A DNA stretch of 64,000 bases. Source: Camelus ferus. Lineage: Eukaryota. The notes beneath the pieces were generated by a model. It was not told the origin of the DNA and did not search any database. It worked only from the letters and a program-made list of their open reading frames with translations. The stretch spans positions 98,396,001 to 98,460,000 of the forward strand of contig NC_045697.1 in the NCBI RefSeq assembly GCF_009834535.1. The letters are read 5' to 3'. Positions 24,486 through 36,689 of the stretch are shown piece by piece. Position 1 is the first letter of the stretch. Each line of letters begins with the position of its first letter. A program made the translations under genes and the position numbers.

Positions 24486-25419
24486 AAGCAGCAGCCTTTA
24501 CAAGAGAAAAGTTCCCTAAAACCACCATCTACTCATTCTGGGCTACAAATATGCATTGGGCTCGATCTTGTCTGACCCTCAGTATGCCCAACTGAGTGAA
24601 CACAACCAGTGACCATCACTTGGTGGCATCTATCACCTGTACTCTGGATGTAATATTCACATATCTGCTTCATGTTCTTTGGGTCGACTTTTTAGTTCAC
24701 TCTCTTGTGAAGCTAATATGGCCTCTTTTATAGACATTACATTTGTTTACTATCTTATGCTGGCCATCACCTCCACCACCACCACCACCAGATTGTATCT
24801 TATTATTTTCTGCAGGCCCCATCACAGTGCCTTGCAAATAATTGGTAGTAAATCGTTGCTAAACTGAACTGAAATATACTGAGCCAAATTAGGTTGTCCT
24901 AAATTATAGGGTTGGGTTGCATAGTCCACATCACCTTTGATTCAGCTAATTATTGAGCGCCAATTGTGTGCCAGATGACACTGTATTTTGTAGTACCATT
25001 CACAGTATTTCATTTTTATACAATATTTTTTAAATGGTAAATGAGGCCCCATTGCTTGTGGTATCATTACAGACTCCTATGACTTGAGAAATACTCATAT
25101 TTGATATCACTCAATTTTGCCATTCAGAGCCATAGGTCAGTACTGTAAATGAGTCTTTCTATGTGTCTTTTCCCCCATTGGGAAAGTGGACAAGTGCACA
25201 CTTCATCCTAGAATCTTTTCAATTATAAAAATTCAATTCTTGAGTTATGTGGGGCACAGCAAGTTTGGAGGAAGGTGGGGAATCTGATTATTAATTGAAT
25301 ATTAAGACGCTTTGTGATTTTTCTCCCTATTATACTCAGATTTCTTCCCTATCTTTTGTTAGAGTCCTGAGAACCACAGTCTCTGAGTAATTTAATCTGC
25401 TGGTTTCTGATCCTTCTCA

Positions 25420-25760
25420 CTTCTTTTCCACGTGGTCCCGGCCACGTGGCCATTCTGGTTGTTAAGATATGTGAATCCTTGGGGATATAATTAAAGAGGC
25501 ACTGAGATGCTTTCATCAAAGGACAGTTCACCTGCTGCAGCTCTACTGTTGTTTGTGCAGGTTAACTACTTGGCAGTCCTTTCATGTCCTGGAGTCAATC
25601 TGTGTTTAAAGGATGGAGGTGAGTGGGCAGGACAGGGCAGTTTATCTTTGCTGCCTTCTCATTTATTATCGCATTGCTCTCTCTCACATGGCACTACCTC
25701 AGCTGATCAAAATCAGGGACCACATATCACCAGTGTCATTGCGATGAAAGGCAAAATGCA
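25420..25760. promoter_or_regulatory. Candidate enhancer: tandem CACGTG E-boxes plus TCF/LEF-like sites
   Basis: CACGTG at 25429-25434 and 25443-25448; CATCAAAGG 25514-25522; CCTTTCATG 25578-25586; GATGAAAGG 25743-25751; repeat-poor context. Confidence 0.35.
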
Positions 25761-28702
25761 TTCTTCATTTAATCTACGTGAGAGTATTTAAAATAATCAT
25801 GACAATAAATCTAATGGAAATATCCAAACACAGAATTTGCTTATTCCAGAGCAGAAATTACTGTCTTCTTTTTCTTTTTTTTTGCTAGGTTTCCCACAGC
25901 AGTCACAGACATCTTTCCAATATATGAATATTCTCAACTATCAGATCAGCCTGTAAAATCACATCAGTTGCCTGCAGCCAATGCATCTGTGCCTGATTTC
26001 AAACAGGGAATGGCCAGTTATCAACAGAAGAAGCTCAACTCTATTCAACTTCCAGCCATAAGGCCATAACCCTTTGAAAGACCTCAGCATAAAGATGTTC
26101 TACTAAAATAGCATTCACCCAAATTGTGCCTCTCTCCCTCCCTCCTAAAATTCAACACAATCAAAATTTATTACCTCTCATGTTCATATAAGGTTAAAGT
26201 GAGACGCCAGAAAAACAAGAATGGAAGAGACAGAGGTAGATAAGAACTTAGGGAGATGCACTGGGAGAAACGTAACTCCCAGCCAAATCCTGAGGATTTT
26301 TCAAGATACCAGCAATCTGATCACTGAAATCAAAGACCAAAAATACTAAAGCAGATATTTTTTTCATCCACTGAAAAGACATGAGAAGTCAATCAACATA
26401 AATGTGACAGCGCAGGTCCCTTAACACAGAAAACTTGAAGCCAAGCTCTGTGCCAGGAAGACAGGTGGAATTCATCATTCCTTTGCAGTTTCCTGAAATT
26501 CACAGGGCTTTGCATACTGTCCCTTTGAATTATGAGAGTAACATCACTTAACATACTCATTAAATGCAAGAGTCATAACATGTATAGCAATCATGTGTAG
26601 GTGACATACATCTGCTGAAAAATATCCAGAATATCTCAAACTTTGCTGGCAGACTGAACCAAAAAACCCCCACAGGGCTCCCCGACAAAGCTGAAAAGCT
26701 GCCTGTTCATATAAAGCTATTGAGAAGACACTACAAGTTCCAACTTCGCATCGTTCGATAAGCACATGGTCAGGAGTGTGAAGAGTGGCCACCTATGTGC
26801 CAAGAGATTAGCCACAGTCCCCACTAAGTAGTGGAGGCGGTAGGGGACAGAGGGCAGCAGGGGAGGTTTGTGTGACCTATCCACTTTGAGAACAAGATAC
26901 AGCTTTTCTAGGGGTCTCCGGCATAGAGTGTTTTTGCTTCAATGAAGTGTTATCTATGAACAAGCCATCCCAGCACATGACAGCAAAAGCTAACAAAGCC
27001 TGAAGTCCAGTGGAGGCCACCTCCTCACCTCGTTATATTACCTAAGACCAGTGGCCAGTGTTGCTATGACAACTTTTCAAAGTAGCCTTATTGAAGACCA
27101 AAAAAAAAAAAAAACAAAACAAAAAAAAAACCCTCCAAGCACAGATTATGCCAACAGGACATGAAAGAGCTGGTCAATTCAGTGGAAGGTAAATGGTCAG
27201 GACAGCTCTTAAGTGTTATTCAGAGACCCTCCACGCCCCAATTTTGAAAATTGTCTGAAAACTTCACTTACACCGTTATGAAAGTATACAGAAGTTTCTT
27301 TAGAAACCTTAATACAATAATTACATAGGACCCCAAAAGGTTGCCCTTTCTGGTTCCTATGATCAAAGTGTGATTTTCCTCTGTCCCAGTATCAGCATCC
27401 CACATTGCAGATTTTTATAGCCCACTTGATATTCAAGCCCCAGGAGAGAGGAACTTTGATGTGGAGAAGCAAGCCCAAGTGGGAGATGGGCAAGTCCCCG
27501 GAGCACAGTGACTCCACGCACAAGGACCATCAAAACAAGACAGAGTGAAGGACTTCTCCTCGTTTTCTGATTCTACCAAGAAAAAAACATTACCTCCCTT
27601 AGTAATTATTTATTTTCCAGTTTCCACACGTGGTTCTCGTGATAATCGCTAACTTTGTGAAATGTTAGAACACTGACACTTGTGTAAAGTAAAGTGCCTT
27701 TTGACATTTATGAAGTGCTGATTCTCTATAAATATAGAACAGTGGTAATCATCACAAGAACCACTCAATGGAAGGGATCAATAGTGAAGACAAATCCTCT
27801 TCTTCCATTGAATTTCAGAAGGCAAAAAAAAAAAAAAGTCCATTTTTTAAATCTCTTTGATAAACTAGCACATTCTGTAACTTATCAAATAAGATTTAAG
27901 ATCAGAGCTATGACACAGATACAGGGAAATTTTAGGAAGCAAGGAAACATAAGCCAACTGGTCTATTTCCTTTCCTCGTATAGATCTATCTATAGATAGG
28001 TGTGTGTGACTCCTTTTGAGGCAGTGGATGCTATCCTGTCATTCACCTTATGATCTTTATTTTTTTTTTTTTAAAATCACCAACTGTGAGGAAGCTTGTA
28101 ACACAAAATAAGCAATGATATCTATCACAAAATTGCTGGAAAAGCAGATAAGCTTCTGAGGGTGATTTGAGGAGGAATATTAAGTGTAAATTAATATTTT
28201 GGTTCTGTTTGCCAGTGACATTTCTTTTTCCTCACAACAGCAGCACAGTGCTGGAGAAGGCAAAGCAGCAGCCGACACCTCTGTGAAGAGCACACTTAGC
28301 CCAAGCCAGATGCTTCTCAAAGGGCTGAAGGTGGACATGTACACTCATTTGCCAATCAAATCTTGGTAGGTTTACATGCAGTATGAGTGGAGACCAAATC
28401 TCTACAAACCAGAAACAAGCACCATACCAGCATTGGCTGTGCCCATCTCCTGACCTTAATATGAATGCTGGGTTAAGTTTAGCATCTGACAGATCTCAGT
28501 GTGTCTCTCTGACCACCCCACCACCACCATCTCAATTCCTTTCATCATGTCTTAACATCTTAAAAAGATCAAGGATCTGATTGTTATCCCAGAGGTTCCA
28601 ATTCCAACCTGGGTGATACAGATCTCTGAAAATATGCCAAGTGGCATCATACACCTACTGAACAAATAAATCTTTATGGAGCACCTGCTCTGCCAATGTC
28701 TA

Positions 28703-28950
28703 TAGGAGTGTGTGGGAGAGTGGTCCAAAGCATGGACCATGGAGCCAGGCTGCCTGATTCAAATCCTGGCTCTGCCACGTGCTGGCTGGGGTGGCTTTGG
28801 ACAAGTTAGTACTTAATCACTCCATGCCTCAATATCCTCGTCTGTAAAATGGGGATAATAGTTGTGCCTGCTTCAGATGGATCCTGTGAGGATTAAGGAG
28901 TGAATACATGTGAAGCATGAAGCACCTCCACAGCGCCTGGCATACATTGG
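28703..28950 (+). mobile_element. MIR SINE (near full length)
   Basis: ggagccaggctgcctgattcaaatcctggctctgccac..tctgtaaaatggggataatag..gtgaggattaa..cagcgcctggcatac. Confidence 0.9.
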
Positions 28951-29269
28951 TGTCGCTCTTAGGTCTGAGCAAACCATGCTAGTGTCTGGGTATAAGGTGA
29001 ATTAAGAGCTCCCCGTTTCATATGCCTCATCCAGTCTGTTCTATTTGATCCACTTCTCATCACTAAAGAAATAAGTCAAGTAAGGCATTCTTCTATTTTT
29101 TTCTTCCACATGCCTAAGGCATCCAACTAAGTGTTAAACTGCTAATCTGCCTCAGTCTTTCCAAAGCTATTTATGGTAATTAATCTCACAGTCCATTAGG
29201 ACTAACTGAAAAAAAGAGGTTTGTTCTAACTTCAAAAAGGAGACACTCCAACATTCCAATTTATTATTA

Positions 29270-29930
29270 TAATACCTACCATTTATTATTAACTACATGC
29301 TAGGCAATATGTTAAACATGTTATAAGTTTGCCTCTTTCAATCCTGACAAAAAAATTCCTTGAAGTGGGTATGAGTTGCCCCACTGATGAGGAAATTAGA
29401 GCTGAGAAGGACAATGTTGTCTTGCTTCATATCACACATGTAACAGAGTACCACAAGCTGCTCTAACAAACCCCTGGGTCTCAGTGGTGTGACAAAGCAA
29501 GACTCTCTTGCCCGTCTCAATCAATGCAGGTGGTGATGGAGATGGGAGGGGAAGCAGGCTGTGCTGCATGAGGTCATTAAAGGATCCAGGCAACCTCCGT
29601 TTTCTCAGTCCTCTTCCAAATCCCCTGCCCCCTAAACCTTCTCCAATCAGATGGCAGAGGGGGAAAGGGAGCGAGGGTCACATACGATGGAAGGTTATAT
29701 TTCTGGCCCAAGGCTGGAAGTGGCCCATTCTACTCCTACCACTCTCATTCCAGTAGCTAGAATTCAGTCACATGGTCACACCTGAACTGCAAGGGAGGCT
29801 TGGAAATTTGGCTGCTCTGTGCCACTCCTACTCACAGTCTCTGGGACACACTGCCAGTAAATAGCAGAGCCAGGTCCTGAACCAGATCCACTGGCTCCAA
29901 AGCCCTCACTCTTATCCATGACACCATTCA
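29270..29930 (-). mobile_element. MIR split by an MLT1 LTR
   Basis: MIR-like pieces at about 29270-29440 (gatgaggaaattagagctgaga) and 29850-29930 (agtaaatagcagagccagg..ctggctccaaagccc). Confidence 0.65.
29445..29830 (-). mobile_element. MaLR LTR (MLT1J/K-like)
   Basis: ccaaggctggaagtggcc..cattccagtagctagaattcagtcacatggtcacacc..ctgcaagggaggct. Confidence 0.75.
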
Positions 29931-30908
29931 TGTCTGCCCCAGCCTCTCAGATCCCCTGCCTCACTCTGCCAGCTGACTTCTCAACAGAGTGGAAGGCTGA
30001 CTCACTCCATCTAGAGTCATACTTGTGAAATTTCCTTTTAAGTTTTATATATATATAACTATATATATAGTTGTATACAACTATTTATTTGGCATGGTTT
30101 CTTTAATTCATCATGAAAATAGCTAAGAACACTCTATGACTTTTATCGGCCTACCTCAATCTCTCACCAGCCTTTGCTTCCAGGAACACAAACCATCTCT
30201 GACTGAAAGAGCACACCCTCTGTGGGGATCCCAAATTATTGCTGTCTCTTCAAAGTCCATATCAAAACATCACTGCTACTAAATTGAAATGCGTGACATA
30301 TGAGATTCCAACTATGTATGTGACATCTGTTTAATCATCTTCATGCACATATTCATTGGATTCTTGCTATTGAATTAAGGAAATAAAAGACACATTGATG
30401 ACCTGTCTGATCAATAAGTGATAAACATTATGAAAAGCCTTTAAGAACAATATCCAAAATCTGATGTGTAGATGCTACACTCAAAAAAAAAAATTGATGA
30501 CATATTATAGTCAATGCCGGGCTACAAAATGATTAAACATTAGGGAAGGCTTGAGCCACATACAAAATAGCACCTTAGCCATGTTACCATCAGCCTAAAT
30601 ATAATGTAAGAGTCTTGAATTTGATTGGTTAATTCTGCTACATGAGCAGCACACTATTAAAAATCAATTCAAGAAACCTACTATTCCTCAACAACAGAAG
30701 CCTTTATGGTCAACAATTGGAAATTTTTTATTAGCATCATTATTTCCGTTAACCAAATACTTTCAGCCTTTGTCTTCTTAACACAAGGTAGGAGTCCACT
30801 TCCCCACCCTCTTTGAAGTTAGGCATGGCCCTATGACTTGCTTTAGTTTATGAAATATGAGTAGAAATGACAATTGTCATACTTGAGGGAAAGATTTGAG
30901 GACAAGTA

Positions 30909-31542
30909 CAGGCAGACCTTGTTTTACTGCACTTTATGGTACTTCACAGATACTGCATTTTTTACAGATTCCAGGTTTGGGGCAACGCTGCGTTGATTAA
31001 GTCTATTGGCACCACTTTTCCAACAGCATTTGCTCACTTCGTGTCTGCGTGTCACTTTTTGGTAATTCTTGCAGTATTGTATTTTATTTTACTTTATTTT
31101 TAATTTTTATTTCTTTATTGAAGTACAGTCAATTGCAATGTGTCAATTTCTGGTGTACAGCACAATATCCCAGTCATGTATATACATACATATATATTTT
31201 ACAGTATTTAAAATTTTTTCCTTAATAATAATAATAGTAATAGTAATAATAATAATATTTATTAGGATGATCTGTGACCAGTGATCTTTGATGTCACTAT
31301 TACAATTTGCTAAAGGCTCAGATGATGGTTTATACTTTTTAGTAATAAAGTACTTTTAAATTAAGGTATGTACACTGTCTTTTTCTATATAATGCTGTTG
31401 CACACTTAGACTACAGTATGGTGTAAGCATAACTCTTATACGCACTGGAAAACAAAAAAAATTATGTGACTCACTTTATTACAATATTCGCTTTATTGTG
31501 GTGGCCTGGAACCGAACCCTCAATGTCTCTGAGGTCTGCCCA
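30909..31542 (+). mobile_element. Tigger1 internal-deletion derivative (TcMar-Tigger)
   Basis: TIR-like ends caggcagacct.. / ..gaggtctgcc, flanked by TA at 30907-30908 and 31543-31544; body matches both Tigger1 ends. Confidence 0.9.
31079..31198 (-). mobile_element. Short camelid L1 3' end inside Tigger1
   Basis: T-rich tail then tattgaagtacagtca..atttctggtgtacagcacaat; TSD tt(g/a)cagtatt. Confidence 0.85.
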
Positions 31543-31573
31543 TACATAATTTGCCACAATCCCATTCTCTTGC

Positions 31574-32053
31574 TGTGGTGAATTAAAAATGGCCATAAAT
31601 TCTCTGTGGTTTCTTCCATCTACAGTTAGGGTCTTTCCCCTTCTTTTGAATCTGAGCTGGCCCTAGGACTTGCTTTGACCAACAAAACATAGTGAGAGTA
31701 ACCATGTGAGCATTGTCCTCAAGAAGGCTTGAAATTTCACATCTCATTCTTTATTAGAGCAATGAAGCCCAGGCTGGACTCCTTGAAGATGAGAGACCAG
31801 GTGGTTAGAGAGACCTGGCCCTCCCAGCTGCTCCAGCAATCTCAGCTGAACCCCGGACACACGAGCGAGCCAGCCGGTACCAGCCATCCTTAGCCAACCC
31901 ACCAGCTGACTGTGGCTATGTAAGCACCCCTGGCAAGAACAGCAGAACCACCCAGCTAAGTCCAGCCCAAGTTGTAAAATAAACAAATAAATTGTTGTTT
32001 AAAGCCACTAAGTTTGGAAATTGTTTGTTACACAGCAATAGGTGACTAAGACA
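31574..32053 (+). mobile_element. MLT1H-like MaLR LTR
   Basis: tgtggtgaattaaaaatggcc start; aaccacccagctaagtccagccc; aagccactaagtttgg..ttacacagcaatag..aca end. Confidence 0.85.
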
Positions 32054-32210
32054 GCCCCATGGGCAACTGAAGAAGCAGACAGGGTGCTTATTTCTATCTG
32101 GATCTCTGGGTAAGGAGGACAGAGCAGAGTTCCTCAAAATGTATACTAGGAGTAAGAGATAACCCTTTATCATTTAAGCCATTGAAGTTTTTTGTTTTTT
32201 AGGGTTTTTT

Positions 32211-33269
32211 TTTAACTTTAATTTTATTTTTATTTTATTTATTTTTTTAATTAAAAATTTTTTTTATTGATTTATAGTCATTTTACAATATTGTGTCAAA
32301 TTCCAGTGTAGAGCACAATTTTTCAGTTATACATGAACATATATATATTCATTGTCACATTTTTTTCTCTGTGAGCTACCATAAGATCTTGTGTATATTT
32401 CCCTGTGCTTTACAGTATAATCTTGTTTATCTATTCTACCCACCCTCCACCCCCTTGGCAACCACAAGTTTGTATTCTATGTCTATGAGTCTGTTTATGT
32501 TTTGTATTTATGCTTTTTGTTTTTGTTTTTGTTTTTTAGATTCCACATATGAGTGATCTCATATGGTATTTTTCTTTCTCTTTCTGGGTTACTTCACTTA
32601 GAATGACATTCTCCAGGAGCATCCATGTTGCTGCAAATGGCGTTATGTTGTCAGTTTTCATGGCTGAATAGTATTCCATTGTATAAATATACCACATCTT
32701 ATCTGTCATTAATTACTGTAAATGTTAATGGACTAAATGCTCCAGTCAAAAGACATAGAGTGGCAGACTGGATAATAAAGCAAGAACCTTCAATATGCTG
32801 CATACAAGAGACCCACTTTAGGGAGAAGAACACATATAGATTGAGAGTGAAAGGATGGAAAAGGATATTCCATGCAAATGGAAAAACCAAAAAAGCAGGT
32901 GTTGCAGTACTGATTTCAGACAAAATAGACTTTAAAACAAAGGCCATAAAGAAAGATAAAGAAAGATATTTTATAATGATTAAAGGAGTGATACAAGATG
33001 AGGATATTATACTTGTTATATATGCACCCAATATAGAAGCACCTAAGTACATAGAACAATTACTAACAGAGATAAAGGGGGATATTGATGGGAATACAAT
33101 CATAGTTGGAGATTTTAACACCGCATTAACATCACTAGACAGATCTTCCAGACAGAAAATAAATAAGGCAACAGAGAAATTAAATAATACAATAGAAAAA
33201 TTAGATTTGGTGGATATTTTCAGAGCATTACACCCCCAAAATAGGATATACATTTTTTTTCAAGTGCAC
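32211..33269 (-). mobile_element. Inner L1 with 5' inversion: 3' end (minus, 32211-32700) plus inverted ORF2 endonuclease segment (plus, 32700-33269)
   Basis: 10-bp TSD agggtttttt at 32201-32210 and 33270-33279; orientation switches at about 32700. Confidence 0.85.
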
Positions 33270-33281
33270 AGGGTTTTTTAA
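32625..33281 (+). pseudogene. Chimeric 218-aa ORF encoding a truncated L1 ORF2 APE-type endonuclease domain
   Basis: Motifs NVNGLN, CIQETH, IYAPN, IVGDFNT, DLVDIFRALHP. C-terminal catalytic motifs (SRID, SDH) absent; reading frame shifts near HPQ; first about 25 aa come from antisense L1. Confidence 0.9.
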
Positions 33282-33340
33282 ATTGAAGTATAGTCAGTTT
33301 ACAACATTGTGTTAATTTCTGGTATATAGCATAGTGATTT

Positions 33341-33391
<51 letters not shown>

Positions 33392-33422
33392 GTATACACA
33401 CACACACACACACACACACATA
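33341..33422 (+). repeat. (TA)n(CA)n compound microsatellite inside L1
   Basis: Direct observation. Confidence 0.95.
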
Positions 33423-35865
33423 TTTTTTCATTATATTCAAGGTATTGAATATAGTTCCCTGTGTTCTACAGTAGGACCTTGCTGTTTATCTTTTTTATAT
33501 ATAGTACTATCTGCAAATCCTGAACTCCCAATTTATCCCTCTACCCCACCCCCACCTTTTCCCCCTGGTAACCACAAGTTTGTGTTCTTTGTCTGTGAGT
33601 CTGTTTCTGTTTTGTAAGTAAGTACATTTGTGTCACTTTTTTAGATTCCATATATAAGTGATATCATATGGTATTTTTCTTTCTCTTTCTGGCTTACTTC
33701 ACATAGAATAACAATCTTTAGGTCCATTCATGTGCAGCAAGTGGTGTTATTTTATACTCTTTTATGGCTGAGTAGTATTCCGTTGTATATCTATAGCACA
33801 ACTTCTTTATCCAGCCATCTGTCGATGCACATTTAGGTTGCTTCCATGTCTTAGCTGTTGTATATAGTGCTGCTATGAACATTGGGGTGCATGTATCTTT
33901 TCAAATAAGAGTTCCCTGTAGATATACGCCCAGGAGTGGGATTGCTGGATCATAGGGTAAGTCTATTTTTAATTTTTTAAGGAATCTCCATACTGTTTTC
34001 CATAATGGCTACACCAAACTACATTCCTATGAACAGAAGCCACTGAAGTTTTGAAGTTGTCTTTTACTACTCTAGTCAACCCTGACCGATTCTGAAATTG
34101 GTACCAATAAGTGAAATGCCACTCTACCAGAAGAAAACTAACATGTGAGGTCAGGGAGTGGACAGAGATGAAACCAGCATCAGAAGCTGCAAGGATGACA
34201 ACCCCTATCACACAGTGACATGGTATCTAGTAAAATGTTCACCTGTGAAAACTCGAAGGCAAAAATGTGCCAAATGAATACGTATCTCCAAGGGAGAGGG
34301 ACAAGGACATAGAGCAAAGGCTCACGGCCACCCTACAATGGGCCCTTGGTATGAGCAAGAAATAGACCTCCCATTTTTAAGGCCTTAAAATGTTTGTGGT
34401 TGATTGTTTTCAGAGCATGTCCTGACTGATACAGCCTCTGAGTTATTCTTAACACTAAAGTGGTGTCTGTCAGCACTGAAAGGGGAAAGACACCAGTCAT
34501 CACCTTACCGTGGCCCACAGAGAAATGTTCCCAGCAAAGTCAACATGAGAAATACTGAACTGGAACATAAAGCTTATGGCTCTGGAATACTGGGTAATGA
34601 AAACAGGCAAACATTCAAAACAACCTCACTCTCTTCAGTAAAAGCATCAGGTAACCTATGGAGTGCAGGGCTATAAATAAGGAGAAGCCCAGTGAAAGAA
34701 GAAAGAAAAAAAAGATTCGTTTGGGATTTTCTCCTCTTTTAATATTTCCTGATGGGTTGGGAGTTCTTTGTTACAAATGACAACACTGGAGAAAACATAA
34801 CTCCCCCAAAATGATGAATAAGCCTATAATTCTTTGTATCAGTGTGCAAGACTGTTACAAGCAAACACATAGTTAGGGTGTTACGTAGAATGTGAATCAG
34901 AATAAAAGAAAAGATTTTGTCTCATTTTTAAAATTTGGATTCAGTTAGTTTTTGAGTAATGCAATTTTCACAAAACTGCAGGACACAGCAGCTGGTAAAA
35001 AATTTACAGTGATTCTTTAGACCTACCCCAGCTCTCCTCTGATATTTCTATAGACCTAACCTCCACTCGACCTTTCTTCCTTCTGGAACTGCAACCACCA
35101 TACTTGAAGTGTGCAAAAGAGGACTTAGATATCAGCTGGAACTCCAGGTTGGGGAGTGAGATTTAAGTGTAATTGATATCGGGCATCAGACAAATTTCAA
35201 CCAAGGGAATGAGTCTGTCCGTCTCAAGCAGCAGGCTTTTACATGCCCAGATCCGGGATTGATAGATGTGTGCTGCTGTTTCATATACACCAAGGTGACC
35301 CCATCCACTCAGCCTGCCATAGCAGTGATTCTTGAATAAATGTCCCCAACTGAGAAAGAAGTGCAAAAAGTGATTCTCACAAGCCAGACTCATCATCAGA
35401 ATCAACATCCCTGAGCTCCAACGACTGAACCACACCAGGCTGACCCTGGGGAGCCCAGGAGTTCATCAGCCCCACTTCGTGCAGCAACAAATGGAAATTT
35501 TCCCTCCAAAAGCCCTGCTGATTTTCATGGAAATGGACATCAGCCCAATATTAATACCGGCGGGGCGGCTAATAAAGCAAATATCAATTTTCCAAGAAGG
35601 CTGTTGGTATTGGCTACAAGCACAGAAAAGAGCCAAGAATAAGGCAAATAAATCCAAGGGAGGGAAAATATTACACTTTGGAAGAACTATGAGCAGAATA
35701 GATAATTTTAAACTATTTGGTCATTTAACTGAGAAAGAGGTGAATGCAGGATTAGTGAAATTTGAAAAGTGGTGTATTTATGATTCCCAGATACAATTTT
35801 TTCCAACAAAATGGGCACCACTACAGAATTCTAACTTTTCCATTTAATATAGATTGGGGAATACC

Positions 35866-36320
35866 TTTTTTATTCATTTTTTTTAAGTTGAAGTATAGTC
35901 AGTTTACAAAATTGTATTAATTTCTGGTGTACAGCATAATGTTCCAGTTATATATATATTTCTTTTCACATTCTTTTTCATTATAGGTTACTACAAGATA
36001 TTGAATATAGTTCCTTGTGCTATCCTGAAGAAACTTGTTGTTTAATCTATGTTATATATAGTAGTTAGTGTCTGCAAATCTCGAACTCCCAATTTATCCC
36101 TTCCCTACCCGCTTTCTCCTCCATAGAAACAAAAGTTTGTTTTCTATGTCTGTGAGTCTGTTTCTGTTTTATAAATATGTTGATTTGTGTCTTTTTTCCT
36201 TAGAGTCCATATATAAGTGATATCATATGGTATTTGTTTTTCTCTTTCTGGCTTAGTTCACTTAGAATGACAATCTCTAGGTCCATTTATGTTGCTGCAA
36301 ATGGCATTATTTTGTTCTTT
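35866..36320 (-). mobile_element. Camelid L1 3' end
   Basis: gttgaagtatagtcagtttaca..gttgctgcaaatggcattattt. Confidence 0.9.
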
Positions 36321-36486
36321 GCCTTTTTAAAAAAAAAACAGTGTTTGCCTCAGGCTGAGTCACTTTCCTTTCTCTAACAGTGCCTGTAGTTGAGAAATGT
36401 GGGGCTTGGTGATGTTATACAGTTACCAACTTGTGAAGTACCTTATTCTGTTATTTACCATATCCTTTAGAAGTTCAGTGCTGCAA

Positions 36487-36689
36487 CTATATATAAAACA
36501 GAAGAACAACCAGGACCTACTGTACAGCACAGAGAACTATATTCAATTTCTTATAATGAGCCATAATGGAAGAGAAACTGAAAAACTATACATGTACATA
36601 CGTACATGCATAACTGAATCACTTTGCTCTATACCTAAAACTAATACTGTAAATTGACTACAATAAAAAATAAGAATTTTTTTGAAAAA
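36487..36689 (+). mobile_element. L1 3' end
   Basis: caggacctactgtacagcacag..; 18-bp TSD agaa(g/a)ttcagtgctgcaa (36469-36486, 36690-36707). Confidence 0.92.

Larger units (their letters stand above)
32192..34036 (-). mobile_element. Outer camelid L1 3' fragment (tail 32192-32210, body 33280-34036)
   Basis: Antisense L1 ORF2 end and 3' UTR; 16-bp TSD aagcca(t/c)tgaagtttt at 32176-32191 and 34037-34052. Confidence 0.88.
30728..34093 (+). mobile_element. MLT1I-like LTR split into four pieces by later insertions
   Basis: Collinear pieces at about 30728-30908, 31543-31573, 32054-32191 and 34037-34093 follow the recalled MLT1I consensus (gaagttaggcatggcc..tgacttgcttt; agagcagag; aagccactga; cctgaccgat). 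Confidence 0.75.

Noticed and set aside
32699..33253. 184-aa minus-strand ORF
   Set aside because: Antisense shadow of the L1 endonuclease coding segment.
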